A stretch of 64,000 nucleotides of DNA, from the NCBI RefSeq assembly GCF_006345805.1, contig NC_043022.1, positions 5,208,001 through 5,272,000 of the forward strand. Direction: 5' to 3'. The notes beneath the pieces were generated by a model. The model saw nothing but the letters and a program-made list of their open reading frames with translations, searched no databases and was not told where the DNA came from. Shown here one piece after another: positions 13,940 through 26,539 of this stretch; positions within the stretch are counted from its first letter, which is position 1, and each line of letters begins with the position of its first letter. The position numbers and the translations under genes are program-made. This DNA comes from Octopus sinensis. Taxonomy: Eukaryota.

Positions 13940-14915
13940 GAAGATGAATGGTTTAGTGAATAATGAAACTTGGCTCGCAGTTGTAAGGTCGTGAGTTCAA
14001 TCCCTGGAGGCGCATTGGGTCCTTGAGAAAAGACACTTTATTTCACTTTATTATTCCAGTTCACTCATCTGGCAAAAGATGATTTTATACTGTAATTCAA
14101 AAAGGGCCAGCCTTGTCACACTTTGTGTCAAGCTGAATCTCCCTGAGAACTACCTTAAGGGTACATGTGTCTGTGGAGTACTCAGCCACTTGCACGTTAA
14201 TTTCTTGAACAGCTGCTCAGGTGACCGGATCAACTGGAACCCTTGTTGTTGCAACCAATGGAGTTCCAGTTATTTTGGGAAGGTGCATAGTTAGGGGTTA
14301 GTGTATACAGTTCATGATTGTGAGGTCAGCAGTTCAATTCCCAGCGGTGCACTGTGTCCTTGAGCAAGATACTTTATTTTCACATTGCTCCAGTCCACTC
14401 ACCTGGCAAATATGAGTTGTACCTGTTATTCAAAGCCTTGACACATTCTGTATCGAGTTGAATCTCTTTTAGAACTACGTTAAGGGTACACGTGTCTGTG
14501 GAGTACTCAGCCACTTGCATGTTGATTTCACAACCAGGTCGTTCCATTGATTGAATCAACTGGAACTCTGTAAGCAACAGAGAGCAGAGCCATTAATTTT
14601 TGTCTGATAAAAGATGCGACAGGTTGGTCACAGCTGGAAGGCTTTTTGATCCTAAGTCAGTTTCCTGAGAATAAACCCTGGGGCCACACAACAACAACAA
14701 CAACAACATCATGCAAAACAGAATTCTGATGCTTGTCTTGGCACCCTCATGTCTGACTCACCTGGGTACACTGGTGGTTACCACTTCCTGTGATAAACTG
14801 TATTAAGGGTACTGTGTCTGTGGAATACTCATCCACTTGCTTGTTAATTTCATGAGCAGGTTGTTCTCTTGATTGGACCAGCTGGGACCCTTGGCATCAT
14901 AACTGACCGCCATGG
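13940..14915 (+). mobile_element. Cluster of three SINEs sharing tail type C (two with tRNA-like heads, third partial)
   Basis: Three copies of aagggtac(a)..gtgtctgtgga.tactca.ccacttgc..gttaatttc...actgg.accc at about 14160, 14485 and 14805. Confidence 0.75.
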
Positions 14916-15186
14916 GTTTTGCAGTAAATCACTAAATCATCCATAACTTTTGTATTATCCTCTCAAATTACACCAAAATCTCAGACAATAACAATTAATA
15001 TTGTATTTATTGTCTCTGAAAATTATAGAATATAAAACTACTTATACTTACTTTTCTGACGAAAACAATGCCGTTCTGAACATTTTGGCCGCAACTTTAA
15101 TATATATATATATATATATATATCTATATATATATATATATGTATGTATGTATGTATAGTTATATGTATGTGTGTGTGTGTGTGTG

Positions 15187-15227
<41 letters not shown>

Positions 15228-15490
15228 ATTAATTATAGGATTCACTACAATCTAAGCACATCAACATGCAGGATGCCAGAAATGGCTAGTTACCATAACA
15301 CAGGGCTCATAATGAGTTAAAATAACCATATGGTATAATGAGCTGATAGTAGACTGCAGGTAGGAGGATCTAAAGGAACCAAATCCAATTTAAACTGTAA
15401 ATCCAACTCATGATAGTTCCAGATGTGAAGTAGGTACCAAAAAATAGAACTCAGATGAAGTTAAAGCCCATATATTTGTTCTTTATAAGT

Positions 15491-15530
<40 letters not shown>

Positions 15531-15614
15531 TTGTTATCACATATTAATTATGGCATTCTTATAGATATAAGAATAATCGCTGCCATGGTTAGAGACTTAG
15601 TAATTTAATATTTC

Positions 15615-15652
<38 letters not shown>

Positions 15653-15660
15653 GAAAAAAT

Positions 15661-16036
15661 AGAGTGAAAAACCTACAGAAGGCTTGTGTTATTTGGTTAA
15701 AGAATATATTTAAAGCATTATGTTAGAAAAATGTTATAAAATTTTGCATATAGTAGCATTGTTTTTGGAGAAATAACCAGTTTCCTATTTTCTTTTCAAA
15801 TTTCTCAAATATCTCTACCTATAATGTGTCATGTCTTCGCTATAGCAAAATATATAGCCAAGACATGACACAGTATAGGTAAGGAAATTTGAGAAATTTG
15901 AAAAGAAAATATGAAACTGGTTATTTCTCCAAAACCAATGCTACTATATGCAAAATTTTATAGCATTTTTCTAACATAATGCTTTAAATATATTCTTTAA
16001 CCAGATAACACAAGCCTTCTGTAGGTTTTTCACTCT
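15661..16036. repeat. Fold-back element with about 184-bp inverted arms and 8-nt loop
   Basis: agagtgaaaaacctacagaagg...gctata / tatagc...ccttctgtaggtttttcactct; (TA)n tracts on both sides. Confidence 0.9.
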
Positions 16037-16292
16037 GTTTTGTCTTTTATACATCCAGCCAGGTGCTTTCAAATACCAGCTCTCTCACCTATATATATAT
16101 ATATATATATATTTATATACAACATAAAGGTGTCAGATCTGGTTTACATGTGGCTGTAGATATTTAAGAAAAGAAAAATATGTAAAAACACACAGGAGGT
16201 TTGTTTTTACATATTTTTCTTTCTTAGATATCTATATCTCTATCTCTCTCTCTATATATATACACATATATATATATGTATGTGTGTCTATA

Positions 16293-16340
<48 letters not shown>

Positions 16341-16537
16341 ATATATATATGCATGTGTATATATGTGTCTGTGTGTATATATACATACACACACACATAT
16401 ATATCATCATCAACATCATTTAATGTCCACTTTATATGCTAGCATGGGTTGGACGATTTTGACTAAGGGCTGGAGAACCAGATGGCTGCACCAGGCTCCA
16501 TCTTGATTTGGCAGAGTTTCTACAGTGGATGCCCTTC

Positions 16538-16569
<32 letters not shown>

Positions 16570-17269
16570 CTTCACCAGTCTAGGGGCCCAATGTTGGTCT
16601 GTGTATGCTAAGGCTAGCTATCAATAAATAAATATCAGGCTGAGTAAAAAGTAAGCAACGCTTTGAAACACGAAATTCATCACAATATATTTCAACAATG
16701 CGGAAATTTTATTCATTAAAGTAATTACCATTACAATCAACACATTTTTGCCAACAAGTTAAAAATCTGGAGTTCTGGTGCTGATGAACTCTTTGAATGC
16801 ACTTTCTGCATTGGTTTGATTTTTGAACTCCTTCTCTCACAGGAAACCTTCAAGGTGCTTGAAAAGGTAGCAGTCTGAAGGAGAAAGGTCTGGGGAATAA
16901 GCTGGGTGGGGAAGAAATTGGTAGCCAAGTTCCCTCATCTTCTGGAGCATCATTAGTGAAATGTGTGGTCAAACATTGTCATAAAGAATGAGTGGCTATC
17001 GTCTGTTGACCAGTCTGGGATGGAGGAGTAGCAGTTTTTTGTTTATTTTGGTAATTTCATTGCAATATGTTTCTGCAATAATGGTTTTGCTGGGTTTTAA
17101 GAAGTTGTAGTGGATGAGTCCAGCAGTACACCACCAAACAGTGACCATAATCTTCTTTTTGAAGTGCCCAGGTTGAGGGAAGGTTTTTCAGTGCTTCAGT
17201 TTGGTCCAACCACTGCGAAGAACATTTTCTATTATTCAACAGAATCCACTTTTTCTCATAAGTTGCAAT

Positions 17270-17561
17270 CCTCATCATCATCATCATTATCATCATTTAA
17301 CGTCCGTTCTCCATGCTAACATAAGTGGGCTGGGCTCACTTGTCCTGCCTGGTCTTCTCACATACAGCATATTTCCAAAGGTCTCGGTCGCTGGTCATTT
17401 CCTCAGTGAGGCCTAAAGTTCGAAGGTCGTGCTTCACCACCTCATCCCAGTTTTCCGGGTACCTCTTCCATGGTTCCCTCAACTGCTAGGGATTGGCACT
17501 TTTTCACACACCTATCTTCATCCATTCTTGCCACATGACCATACCAGCGCAATCGTCTTTC
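17270..17561 (-). mobile_element. 5'-truncated RTE LINE inserted in the mariner
   Basis: ILQERRLRWYGHVARMDEDRCVKKC C-terminal motif; (GAT)n tail; TSD TTGCAAT at 17263-17269 and 17562-17568. Confidence 0.85.
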
Positions 17562-17861
17562 TTGCAATATGGTCAAGAAATGGATCAGTCTGGTTATGGA
17601 GAAGTGACAAGCAAATTTCATATCCGCACATTTTCTGATTTTCATTCAGATCGTGTGGTACCCATTTGTCAAGCTTGTTTGATTTTCCAATCACATGCAA
17701 ATGGTTGCAGGCAGTTTTCTGGCTAACTTGATGTTCTTTGCCAGTTCTCATGTGGTTTTACGTGGATCTTTCTCAATGATGGTCTTTAATTGACCACTCT
17801 CAATGACAGATGGACATCAACTACTCTCATGATCTTCAAGGCTCAGGTCTTCACTGTTTAA

Positions 17862-18080
17862 CCCTTTAGTGTTCTGGTTATTGTATCAAACATAATGCTT
17901 ATTGATTCACATTGATTTGAATTAATCATGCATTATCTCATATCTTCAAGATCTTGATGGTGTAATTACTTAATGTAGAATAACATTGTAGGATAGGTGT
18001 GAGAGCCTGGATCTGGTCAGTTTGAACATAAAATAGATTAAATATTTTGGCCGGATATGGCCGGTTTAAATACTAAAGGG
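17862..18080. mobile_element. piggyBac-like MITE inserted in the mariner
   Basis: TIR CCCTTTAGT / ACTAAAGGG with TTAA on both sides. Confidence 0.8.
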
Positions 18081-18841
18081 TTAAACCATTTTCGAGCTGA
18101 CCACTCACTGATCATTTCCTCACCAAACGTTTCATTGATATTGCGAGCAGTTTCAGCTGCTTTATGTCCGTTTTTGAAGTTGAATAGCAAAATTGCTTGA
18201 ATATCACACTTTGACAGTTTCATTTCAAATTATTGTAACAAAGGTGAAAAAAATATCAATGTCAATTTATTGATGCATTTCGGCAAGTCTATGTCTGTAT
18301 TATTCAAAACTCTGCAAAAATCTGGTACAAATTCTTCATGGTTTAAAATGTTGCTTACTTTTAACTCAACCTGATATTATGGGGTCTAGTGCATTGATTT
18401 GCTTAAAGGCCTCATTGGCCATGGGGACCCAATAATGATCTGTATAAACTGTGGTTTGCTGTCAATAAATATTATAGGGCCAAGTGCACTGCCTTGCCAA
18501 GGGTCCGATAATGCTATTAAGATGGCCCTAGTGGCACCCCAGATTTTAGCAACATTGCCAAGCACCTTGTTTGTCTTGGGGATAGTGCCGAGAAGTTAGC
18601 ACAAATCGTGGAGATTTGCAGGAGGTTTCAATTACTATTTCTAGCGTATCAAATGGTATCCATCCCAGTGCCACATTCAGGCCTTGATTCAGTTGATTAA
18701 ATCAACTCTTTTACCACCATTTCCACCATTTCCCTTCCCTGCCCCTCACCATTAGTTTTGTGCTAATATTAGAAACCATTGCAATTATTATTTGTACAAC
18801 GTTCAATGGGCTTGTTATTGTTGTTGTTGTTACCATCACTA

Positions 18842-18920
<79 letters not shown>

Positions 18921-19185
18921 ATTATTATTATTATCATTTGTATTGTATTATCAGATTCTAATGAAATTATCCGTGCCACCAACAGATCTTAATTACATGC
19001 TGTCGTTAGAATGGAAAATCAAATTTAATCATCTTGGAAAACAAGTTAAAAATAGTTGTCACTAAAAAATTATGGGAGGAACTTGGTGCTAGAATTGTGA
19101 ATACCTCCCAACCACTCTTTCTTTCTCTCTCACTCTCACTCTCTCTCTATCTGTGTGTGTGTGTGTATGCATGCATCTATGTGTA

Positions 19186-19235
<50 letters not shown>

Positions 19236-19891
19236 TATATATATTATATTATATTATATTAGAGGAAAAATTAAAACCAAGTCAGAACGAGTATCTTGAA
19301 TTGTTTAGACTAATTTAATTAGGATAAAGTGAATTTGAAGTCTTACAGCTGTTTCTGGGATAACCCAAGTGGTAGGTTAGCATGTCCATGCACTGGATAT
19401 GTTGTCATTAGAGACAAGGGTATGACTATTTTAGACAGGGAAAATTTACAGTTTACAAGGAATAGAATTCACAGTTTTTAGAAGAATAAAGGAGTCACTA
19501 GAAGAATAAAGGGTAAAGGTACAACAGAGGTGGGAGAATAATGTTCCCCTTTACTCTTTATTCTTCTATTTTATTCCTTGTAAACTGTAAATCACTACAT
19601 ACATAGACATACATACATACATACATACACACACATATATATACATACAAAACACCATTTGAGCATGGCTGTTGCCAGTACCACCTGACTGGCCCTCGTG
19701 CTGGTGGCATGTAAAGGCACCTACTACACTCTTGGAGTGTTTGGCGTTAGGAAGGGCATCTAGCTGTAGAAACTCTGCCAGATCAGATTGGAGTCTGGTG
19801 CAGCCATCTGTTTCGCCAGTCCTCAGTCAAATTGTCCAACCTATGCTAGCAAGGAAAGCGGACGTTAAACGATGATGATGATGATACATAC

Positions 19892-19960
<69 letters not shown>

Positions 19961-20852
19961 CAGAATAGACTAAGTGGAGCAGGAGCACACATGAGAACAA
20001 AAAGTGTCACTGAGGAGGTCACAGATGTGTGAATAAAATTTTCGGACAATGGACATAAGATGAAATAAGATCAGTAACAAATGAGTGGAGAACGAATAAG
20101 TGGTTTCACAATTTCCACTGATTTTCAAAAAGTTCAAATAGAAAGACGTGGTTCATGTCGCAGCAGCTGTCTTGCTTCTGAACTAGAGTTTGAACCTTGC
20201 CCTGTTTTTATTGGGAGTTCATGGCTCAAATTAGTATATGCTTTGAATAGGATCTGATTGGTAGGGGATAGTCACATGACAGGTTTTAGAAATTTTTGTA
20301 GGTTCCCTGCTATGTCTGTGTGTTAGTATCAATTGGCAATATTTGGCGTGGTAAGTTTAAGCTGACACGGTTGACTGAACAAGTCCAGAAAATCAATGCT
20401 CTGAATGTTTTCTGCCAAGTGTTGCTATGTCTGTGTGTTAGTGTCATGTGACAGTATATTTTTGCGCCTGAAAAGAGGACCGACATGGTTTAGTGAACAT
20501 GACTAGTTATAGTCAAAGCACTCCAAATTTAATCGGTCTGGTGGGAGAGTGGACAGGAGTCGTTTGTATGTGTCCAGTGGCTAAAGTTTAGCTTGTTAAC
20601 TGTGTAGCTTCCTCATGTTAAGTGGCAGAATGAGTTTTGTGTGTGAATAGTTTATTTGTGTATGGACTCTGTTAAAGTTTGTTAAGTCTTGGTTTGCACT
20701 TTTGTATGAAAGCATTTTCTTTGTTTGGGAGGATCTGGAATGTGGGGAGACTTATATTTTGCACATTTCTCTTTGTGCCCACTAAGTGGAATCTGTCTAG
20801 TACTGGGGTCTCGTATTTGTTGTGGGTGAATGGTCAGTCTATTTCTTTGTGT

Positions 20853-21085
20853 AAGGCGGCGAGCTGGCAGAAACGTTAGCACACCGGGCGAAATGCGTAG
20901 CCGTATTTCGTCTGCCATTACGTTCTGGGTTCAAATTCCGTCGAGGTCGACTTTGCCTTTCATCCTTTCGGGGTCGATAAATTAAGTACCGGTTACGCAC
21001 TGGGGTCGATGTAATCGACATAACCCGTTTGTCTGTCCTTGTTTGTCCCCTCTGTGTTTAGCCCCTTGTGGGTAGTAAAGAAATA
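20853..21085 (+). mobile_element. tRNA-derived SINE type D
   Basis: aaggcggcgagctggcagaaacgttagc...gcctttcatcctttcggggtcgataaattaagtacc. TSD tatttctttgt. Further minus copies near 22490-22720, 33690-33840, 33940-34140 and 42035-42247. Confidence 0.85.
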
Positions 21086-21690
21086 TATTTCTTTGTTTGA
21101 ACTCTGCTATCTTCATTACATTCTTGACATTTGATAGTGTATATTAAATTATTTGAAGAACATGCAAAGTGATTTTTTACTGTAAAATCTGTCCTGATTT
21201 CAATTTGTATGTTGTGTCTTCAATTAGGTTGATGCAGGTCCTGCAATTGGGGTGGCCACACTTTTTGACTGTTGGTGTAGGACTTATAAAAGATAAGTTT
21301 TGAGGGACTATGATTGTCTTTTACTTTTGATTATTTTGTGTATTTCAAATGCTTGTTTCATTCTTGGGTCTTCTTTTAGTAATGGGATGTTCTGTAGATA
21401 ATATTGTAAACTTCTGTGTTTCTTGGGTTATGTGTTGTAATAAAGAGTAGATTATTGGATATATCTTGAATGTTTTTCATAGTTCTTCAATGTTTATTGC
21501 CTTGGCATGTTCTATTCCATTGTCTATTAGCATTAATGGATATTGTCTTTTAAGTAGTCCTTGTTTTAGTTCCTGGAGTCTTTTATTGTGAGTTTCAGGG
21601 TTTGAGAAAATTGTGCAGATTCTTCTTGCTAGATTAAAGGGGATATTATTCTTCGTGTGTTGGGGATGGCATGAGGAGAACAGTAAGTAT

Positions 21691-22900
21691 TACTCTTTTA
21701 CTCTTTTACTTGTTTCAGTCATTTGACTGCGGCCATGCTGGAGCACCGCCTTTAATCGAGCACTTATTCTTTTGTAAGCCCAGTACTTATTCTATCGGTC
21801 TCTTTTGCCAAACTGCTAAGTAACGGGGACATAAACACACCAGCATCGGTTGTCAAACAATGCTAGGGGGACAAACACAGACACACAAACACACACACGT
21901 ATATATATATATATATATATATATATGAACATCAATGGAATTTGTATCCTTGTGGTACCAGTGCCGGTGGCACATAAGAAAACCAACCGAACGTGACCGT
22001 AGCCAGTACCGCATCGACTGGCCTCCGTGCTGTGGGCACGTAACAAACACCATCCGATCGTGGCCATTCGCCAGCCTCGTCTGGCACCTGTGTCGGTGGC
22101 ACATAAGAAAACACCATCCGAGCGTGGCCGTTTGCCAGCCTCGTCTGGCACCTGTGTCGGTGGCACATAAAAAACACCATCCGAGCGTGGCCGTCTGCCA
22201 GCCTCGTCTGGCACCTGTGTCGGTGGCACATAAAAAACACCATCCGAGCGTGGCCGTCTGCCAGCCTCGTCTGGCACCTGTGTCGGTGGCACATAAAATC
22301 ACCCACTACACTCTCGGAGTGGTTGGCGTTAGGAAGGGCATCCAGCTGTAGAAACACTGCCAGATCTGACTGGCCTGGTGCAGCCTTCGGGCTTGCCAGA
22401 CCCCAGTTGAACCGTCCAACCCATGCTAGCATGGAAAGTGGACGTTAAACGATGATGATGATGATGATGATGATATATGTATATATATATTTCTTTACTA
22501 CCCACAAGGGGCTAAACATAGAGGAGACAAACAAGAACAGACAAAGGAATTAAGTCGATTACATCGACCCAGTGAGAAACTGGTACTTTATTTATCGACC
22601 CCGAGAGGATGAAAGGCAAAGTCGACCTCGGCGGAATTTGAACTCAGAATGTAACGACAGACGAAATACGGCTACGCATTTCGCCCGGCGTGCTAACGAT
22701 TCTGCCAGCTCGCTGCCTTAATATATATATATATATATACATATATACGACGGGCTTCTTTCAGTTTCCGTCTACCAAATCCACTCACAAGGCTTTGGTC
22801 GGCCCGAGGCTATAGTCGAAGATATTTGCCCAAGGTGCCACGCAGTGGGACTGAACCCGGAACCATGTGGTTGGTAAACAAGCTACTTACCACACAGCCA
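21691..22900 (-). mobile_element. SINE type A split by an RTE 3' end (21926-22470) and SINE D (22490-22720)
   Basis: Tail half at 21691-21925 and head half at 22738-22900, with the insertions located in its internal (TA)n. Confidence 0.85.
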
Positions 22901-23124
22901 CAGAATCTATCTGTTTGTAGTGAATATCTGTTTCAATGTTTTTATATCTCTTTTGATTATTAGTATATACAGGAATGGTACTTGAGTTTTACTGTATTCA
23001 ATGATAAAGTTGATATTATTGCTTATGCTGTTGATTAGATTTTTGAAATTTACAAATTGTTCATATGTGTGTGCCTTTAGGATTAGGCAGTCATCTAAGT
23101 AACATTTCCAGTTTTCTAGTAGAT

Positions 23125-23515
23125 ATTTATCATCATCATCATCATTGTTCGACCGTGGTCGAGACAATGGAATTTACTATGTTACGCCAGACTTCACGGT
23201 CCATCATAGCATTACGGAGGTCCTGTTGCTGGATGCCTGTATCCCTGGAGATTATATCAAGGTTGGAGAGTGTGTGCCCTCTGGTATTGCGAGTAGATGG
23301 CTTCCAGAGGAGAAGAGTAGAAATTACTTCTTTTTCAGCTCTACAACAATGTCCAGCAAACTGGACTCTCCTACCTTTCACAAGAGATGACACAGGTGGT
23401 AATTTCCCCATATATTTGCATTTTGGTTGGATGGCGCTTCCACAAGAGATTTTGAGCTCTCGTAAGGAGGCGAGTGTAGGTTCCATCCAACCGCCTCTCA
23501 AGCTTCTTTGATAAC
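23125..23515 (-). mobile_element. RTE-clade (RTE-X-like) LINE 3' end
   Basis: YMGKLPPVSSLVKGRRVQFAGHCCRAEKEVISTLLLWKP...DIISRDTG; (GAT)n tail. Confidence 0.75.
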
Positions 23516-24749
23516 GTCCAGATATTTATGGAAGTTCAAACCATATATAAATTTTGATTGTACATTTGTCTATGTGTCCACTAAGTGGAATCTGTCTAAT
23601 ACTGGGGTCTCGTATTTGTTGTGGGTAAATGGTCAGTCTATTTCTTTGTCTATTTCAGCTACAGGAGTGGCTGTGTGGTAAGCAGCTCGCTTACCAATCA
23701 CATGTCAGGTTAATCGGTAGAGTCATTTGAGTCACATCTATCTCTTTGTGATATGCACTCTGTGTTCAAACCCTACCAATGCAAACTTTGCCCTTCAGTC
23801 TTCTGCTGCACCAAAGCACACATTTTTTTTTCAAGGTGAGTGTCATAAACTTGGTGACTTTTGTTCTGATATTTTCTGTATTCTTAGAAAAACCAAGAAT
23901 ATTCTTTCACCTGAAGCAGTGCAAAAGAAATTGGGTAAAATGTAGTGATTGGAAAAAAAGGAATAATAATTCGTTTATTGGAATTATGTAAATTAGGATT
24001 CAATTTTGAAAACGCACCATGTTTCTCCAGAGAATGAAAATAATATATATAAAAGGAAAAAGATTATTTTATGTTCCATATTTGTTTATTTATTTCTATA
24101 TATATTTATTTGCTTGTTTATGCCAGAGTGTATAGTGTTTATAATCATCATCTTCATCATCATCATCATTATCACCATCACCACCACTATCATTGCCACA
24201 ATCATTATCATCATCATCATCATCATCATCATCAATGTTGTCGTCATCATTGTCACTACCACCACCACCACCACCACCTTCTTCTTCTTCATCATTATCA
24301 TTATCTTCATTCTTATCATTCTCCTCCTCCTCCTTGCCATCATAGACATCACCACCATCATCATTGTCATCATCATCATCATCATCATCATCATTCTCCT
24401 CTTCTTCTTCCTCCCCCTCCTCATCATCATCGCCTTCTTCTTCTTCATCATCATTCTCTTCCTCCTCTTCTTCTTCCTCCTCCTCTTTCTCCTCCTCATC
24501 ATCACCATTATCTCCTCCTCCTCCTTCTTCTTCTTCTTCTCTTCTTCTTCTTCTTCTACTTCATCACTATTTAAAGTCATCATCATCATCATCATCACTA
24601 TTTAATGTCCACTTTTTCTATTCTTAGTTGAGGCAGATTTTCTGCAGTCATTTGCCCCACCCCCCATTTCTGTAACCAAACCTCACTCAGTTCATCAGGG
24701 TTCATCTGCAGAGCATCTCATTGCATTGAAGAAGATTGAAGCCCTTTTG

Positions 24750-25020
24750 CAAACAGTCAGAACTATGGCAGAAATCAAATCCCACTTGAAAGGGAAGAGA
24801 TTTCAAGACGTTGAGGAAAGCCAAGAGAATGCAATGAGGCAGAAGGCCATTATCCCAAAAATGGATTTCCCAAGAATGCTTCCATCAATCGAAATGATGC
24901 TGGATAAGGCGTGTGACCTCAGAGGGGGACTACTTCAAAGGAGATTAAATGCCGAATTGATATGGGTTGGAGTTTTACTTTTTATAGCACCAGTCCAGAT
25001 GCTTTTTGATCAAATCTTAT
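24750..25020 (+). pseudogene. Mariner transposase 3' end and right terminus
   Basis: IKSHLKGKRFQDVEE...GDYF; ends in a TIR-like segment and TA. Confidence 0.7.
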
Positions 25021-25156
25021 AAGGTGGAGGAGTGGCTGTGTGGCAAGAAGCTTGCTATAGTCTCAGGCCAACCAAAGCCTTGTGAATGGATTTGGTAGAT
25101 GGAAACTGAAAGAAGCCCATCATATATATACATATATATATGTGTGTGTGTGTGTG

Positions 25157-25189
<33 letters not shown>

Positions 25190-25314
25190 ACATATACACA
25201 CATACATATATATATAACGAGAAGGTTTACGAAAATAAACAAAAGACGAAGGCAGGTGGAGTACAAACAAACAAATGTATTAGTATGGCACTCAGGAATA
25301 GAAATAGAAAAAGT

Positions 25315-25350
25315 CTTTTACGTTTCGAGCCTATGCTCTTCGACAGAAAG
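25315..25350 (-). ncRNA. Ultra-minimal hammerhead-like motif with variant core CTGTCGA
   Basis: Minus: CTTT | CTGTCGA | a-GAGC-atag-GCTC | GAAA | CG | TA | AAAG. Stem III is reduced to the palindrome ACGT. Confidence 0.5.
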
Positions 25351-25435
25351 ATACACAGAAAAAAAACGAGAGAAACAAGGAGAGAAAAAAGAGTGTGTAG
25401 GAGCTAATGATCTATCATGGCGTATATATATATAT

Positions 25436-25932
25436 ACTAGCAGTATCGCCCGGCGTTGCTCGGGTTTGTAAGGGAAATAACTATATAAGCATTTTTAGAG
25501 AGTTACTTCCCTTATAGATGCCAATTCGGGCTTTCTTAGCCATTTTTGTTTTGGTGTCTTCAAGCCATGAAGTCGTTGTTCTAAAAGAACGCTGGTCTCC
25601 TTCACAACGCATTACGACATTGATTTCTTTACACTCCCTTCCCCACAGCTTCACGAGGGAGGGAAGGGGGAGAAGCAAACAGGTGCAGCTGTGAGCGTGG
25701 ACGCCAACTCCGCCGCCATCGACACACGATGCATTTTATGCATTAAAATGGAATAAAAAATTATGTTAAATTATTTTTAAAATCGTAGACTCATCGTTGA
25801 TGCGCGCTAATAGTCAGATGGGCTCGATATGAATCACGACTATAAGATACCCGAATTTGGTTAAACTGCACCGCAAAATGTGGGAGGAGTTAGGAATCTA
25901 AATCGAAGGGGACAGACACTCACACAACTAGA

Positions 25933-25945
<13 letters not shown>
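25436..25945 (+). mobile_element. Helentron/HINE-like non-autonomous element
   Basis: Starts ACTAGCAGTATCGCCCGGCGTTGCTCGGG (subterminal CCCG/CGGG hairpin); ends gacagacactcacac...ttttatatata. Confidence 0.55.
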
Positions 25946-25970
<25 letters not shown>

Positions 25971-26152
25971 TAACTGAAGTGCACAGTTATATATATATAT
26001 TAACTGAAGTGCACATTCTACATCGAGTGAAAAACGGGATGGACGCCTTGATTTTCTTTTGGTGCCTCACTCTGTCGTACGCGACTATGAGGATTTGCAT
26101 CCCCAACTTAAAACTTATAATGTAATACATGTCCTTGAAGTAGTAATTGTAC

Positions 26153-26239
26153 GTGGCTGAAGAAGGCTATAGACGCACATTTACATCAATTACGCATTGT
26201 TATAAACCGTCTAATAAAGGCGCGAAACATATGTACCGC
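26153..26239 (+). ncRNA. Hammerhead ribozyme motif with long (about 60 nt) stem II
   Basis: GTGG | CTGAAGA | 60 nt containing TAGACG/CGTCTA | GAAA | C-ATAT-G | TA | CCGC. Stem I is GTGG/CCGC with one G-U pair; palindromic ATAT loop in stem III. Confidence 0.6.
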
Positions 26240-26539
26240 TAAATCCTTTGCATCATGTTTATATTTTGATAAATATATATATATGTATATATATACACAC
26301 ACATACATTATATACTTGTATAGTTCTAACAACTGGTTATTGGTACCTCATGCCTCTTGCCAAGTTTGGTAAATGCTTTGATGAATCTCTCAGCGACTAA
26401 ATAAAAGCCATTGTAGCAAGATGATTGCTTCCCAACCATTTTGGGTTTCATTGTGTCAAAGAAGCTGAAAACGTTTTGAAAATGGCTGTAACAGAAGACA
26501 AATCGTGGGTCTGTAAATGTGATCCCAAAGCCAACGCTT

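Larger units (their letters stand above)
16635..18374 (-). mobile_element. Full-extent mariner fossil with two nested insertions
   Basis: TIRs TCAGG(C/T)TGAGT(A/T)AAAAGTAAGCAAC flanked by TA. Fragments: MKLSKCDIQAILLFNFKNGHKAAETARNINETFG, KWVPHDL, WILLNNRKCSSQW. About 1.2 kb after removing the inserts. Confidence 0.85.
20690..23650 (-). mobile_element. Fragmented Penelope-like element (RT, thumb, GIY-YIG remnants) with nested insertions
   Basis: WKCYLDDCLI...FLYIL (22950-23110); SSCHP...NNIPFNLARRICTI (21400-21690); KCGHPNCRTC and SSNNLIYTIKCQEC (21090-21300). A 75-bp 3' segment is repeated at 20776-20850 and 23575-23650, like a pseudo-LTR. Confidence 0.75.
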
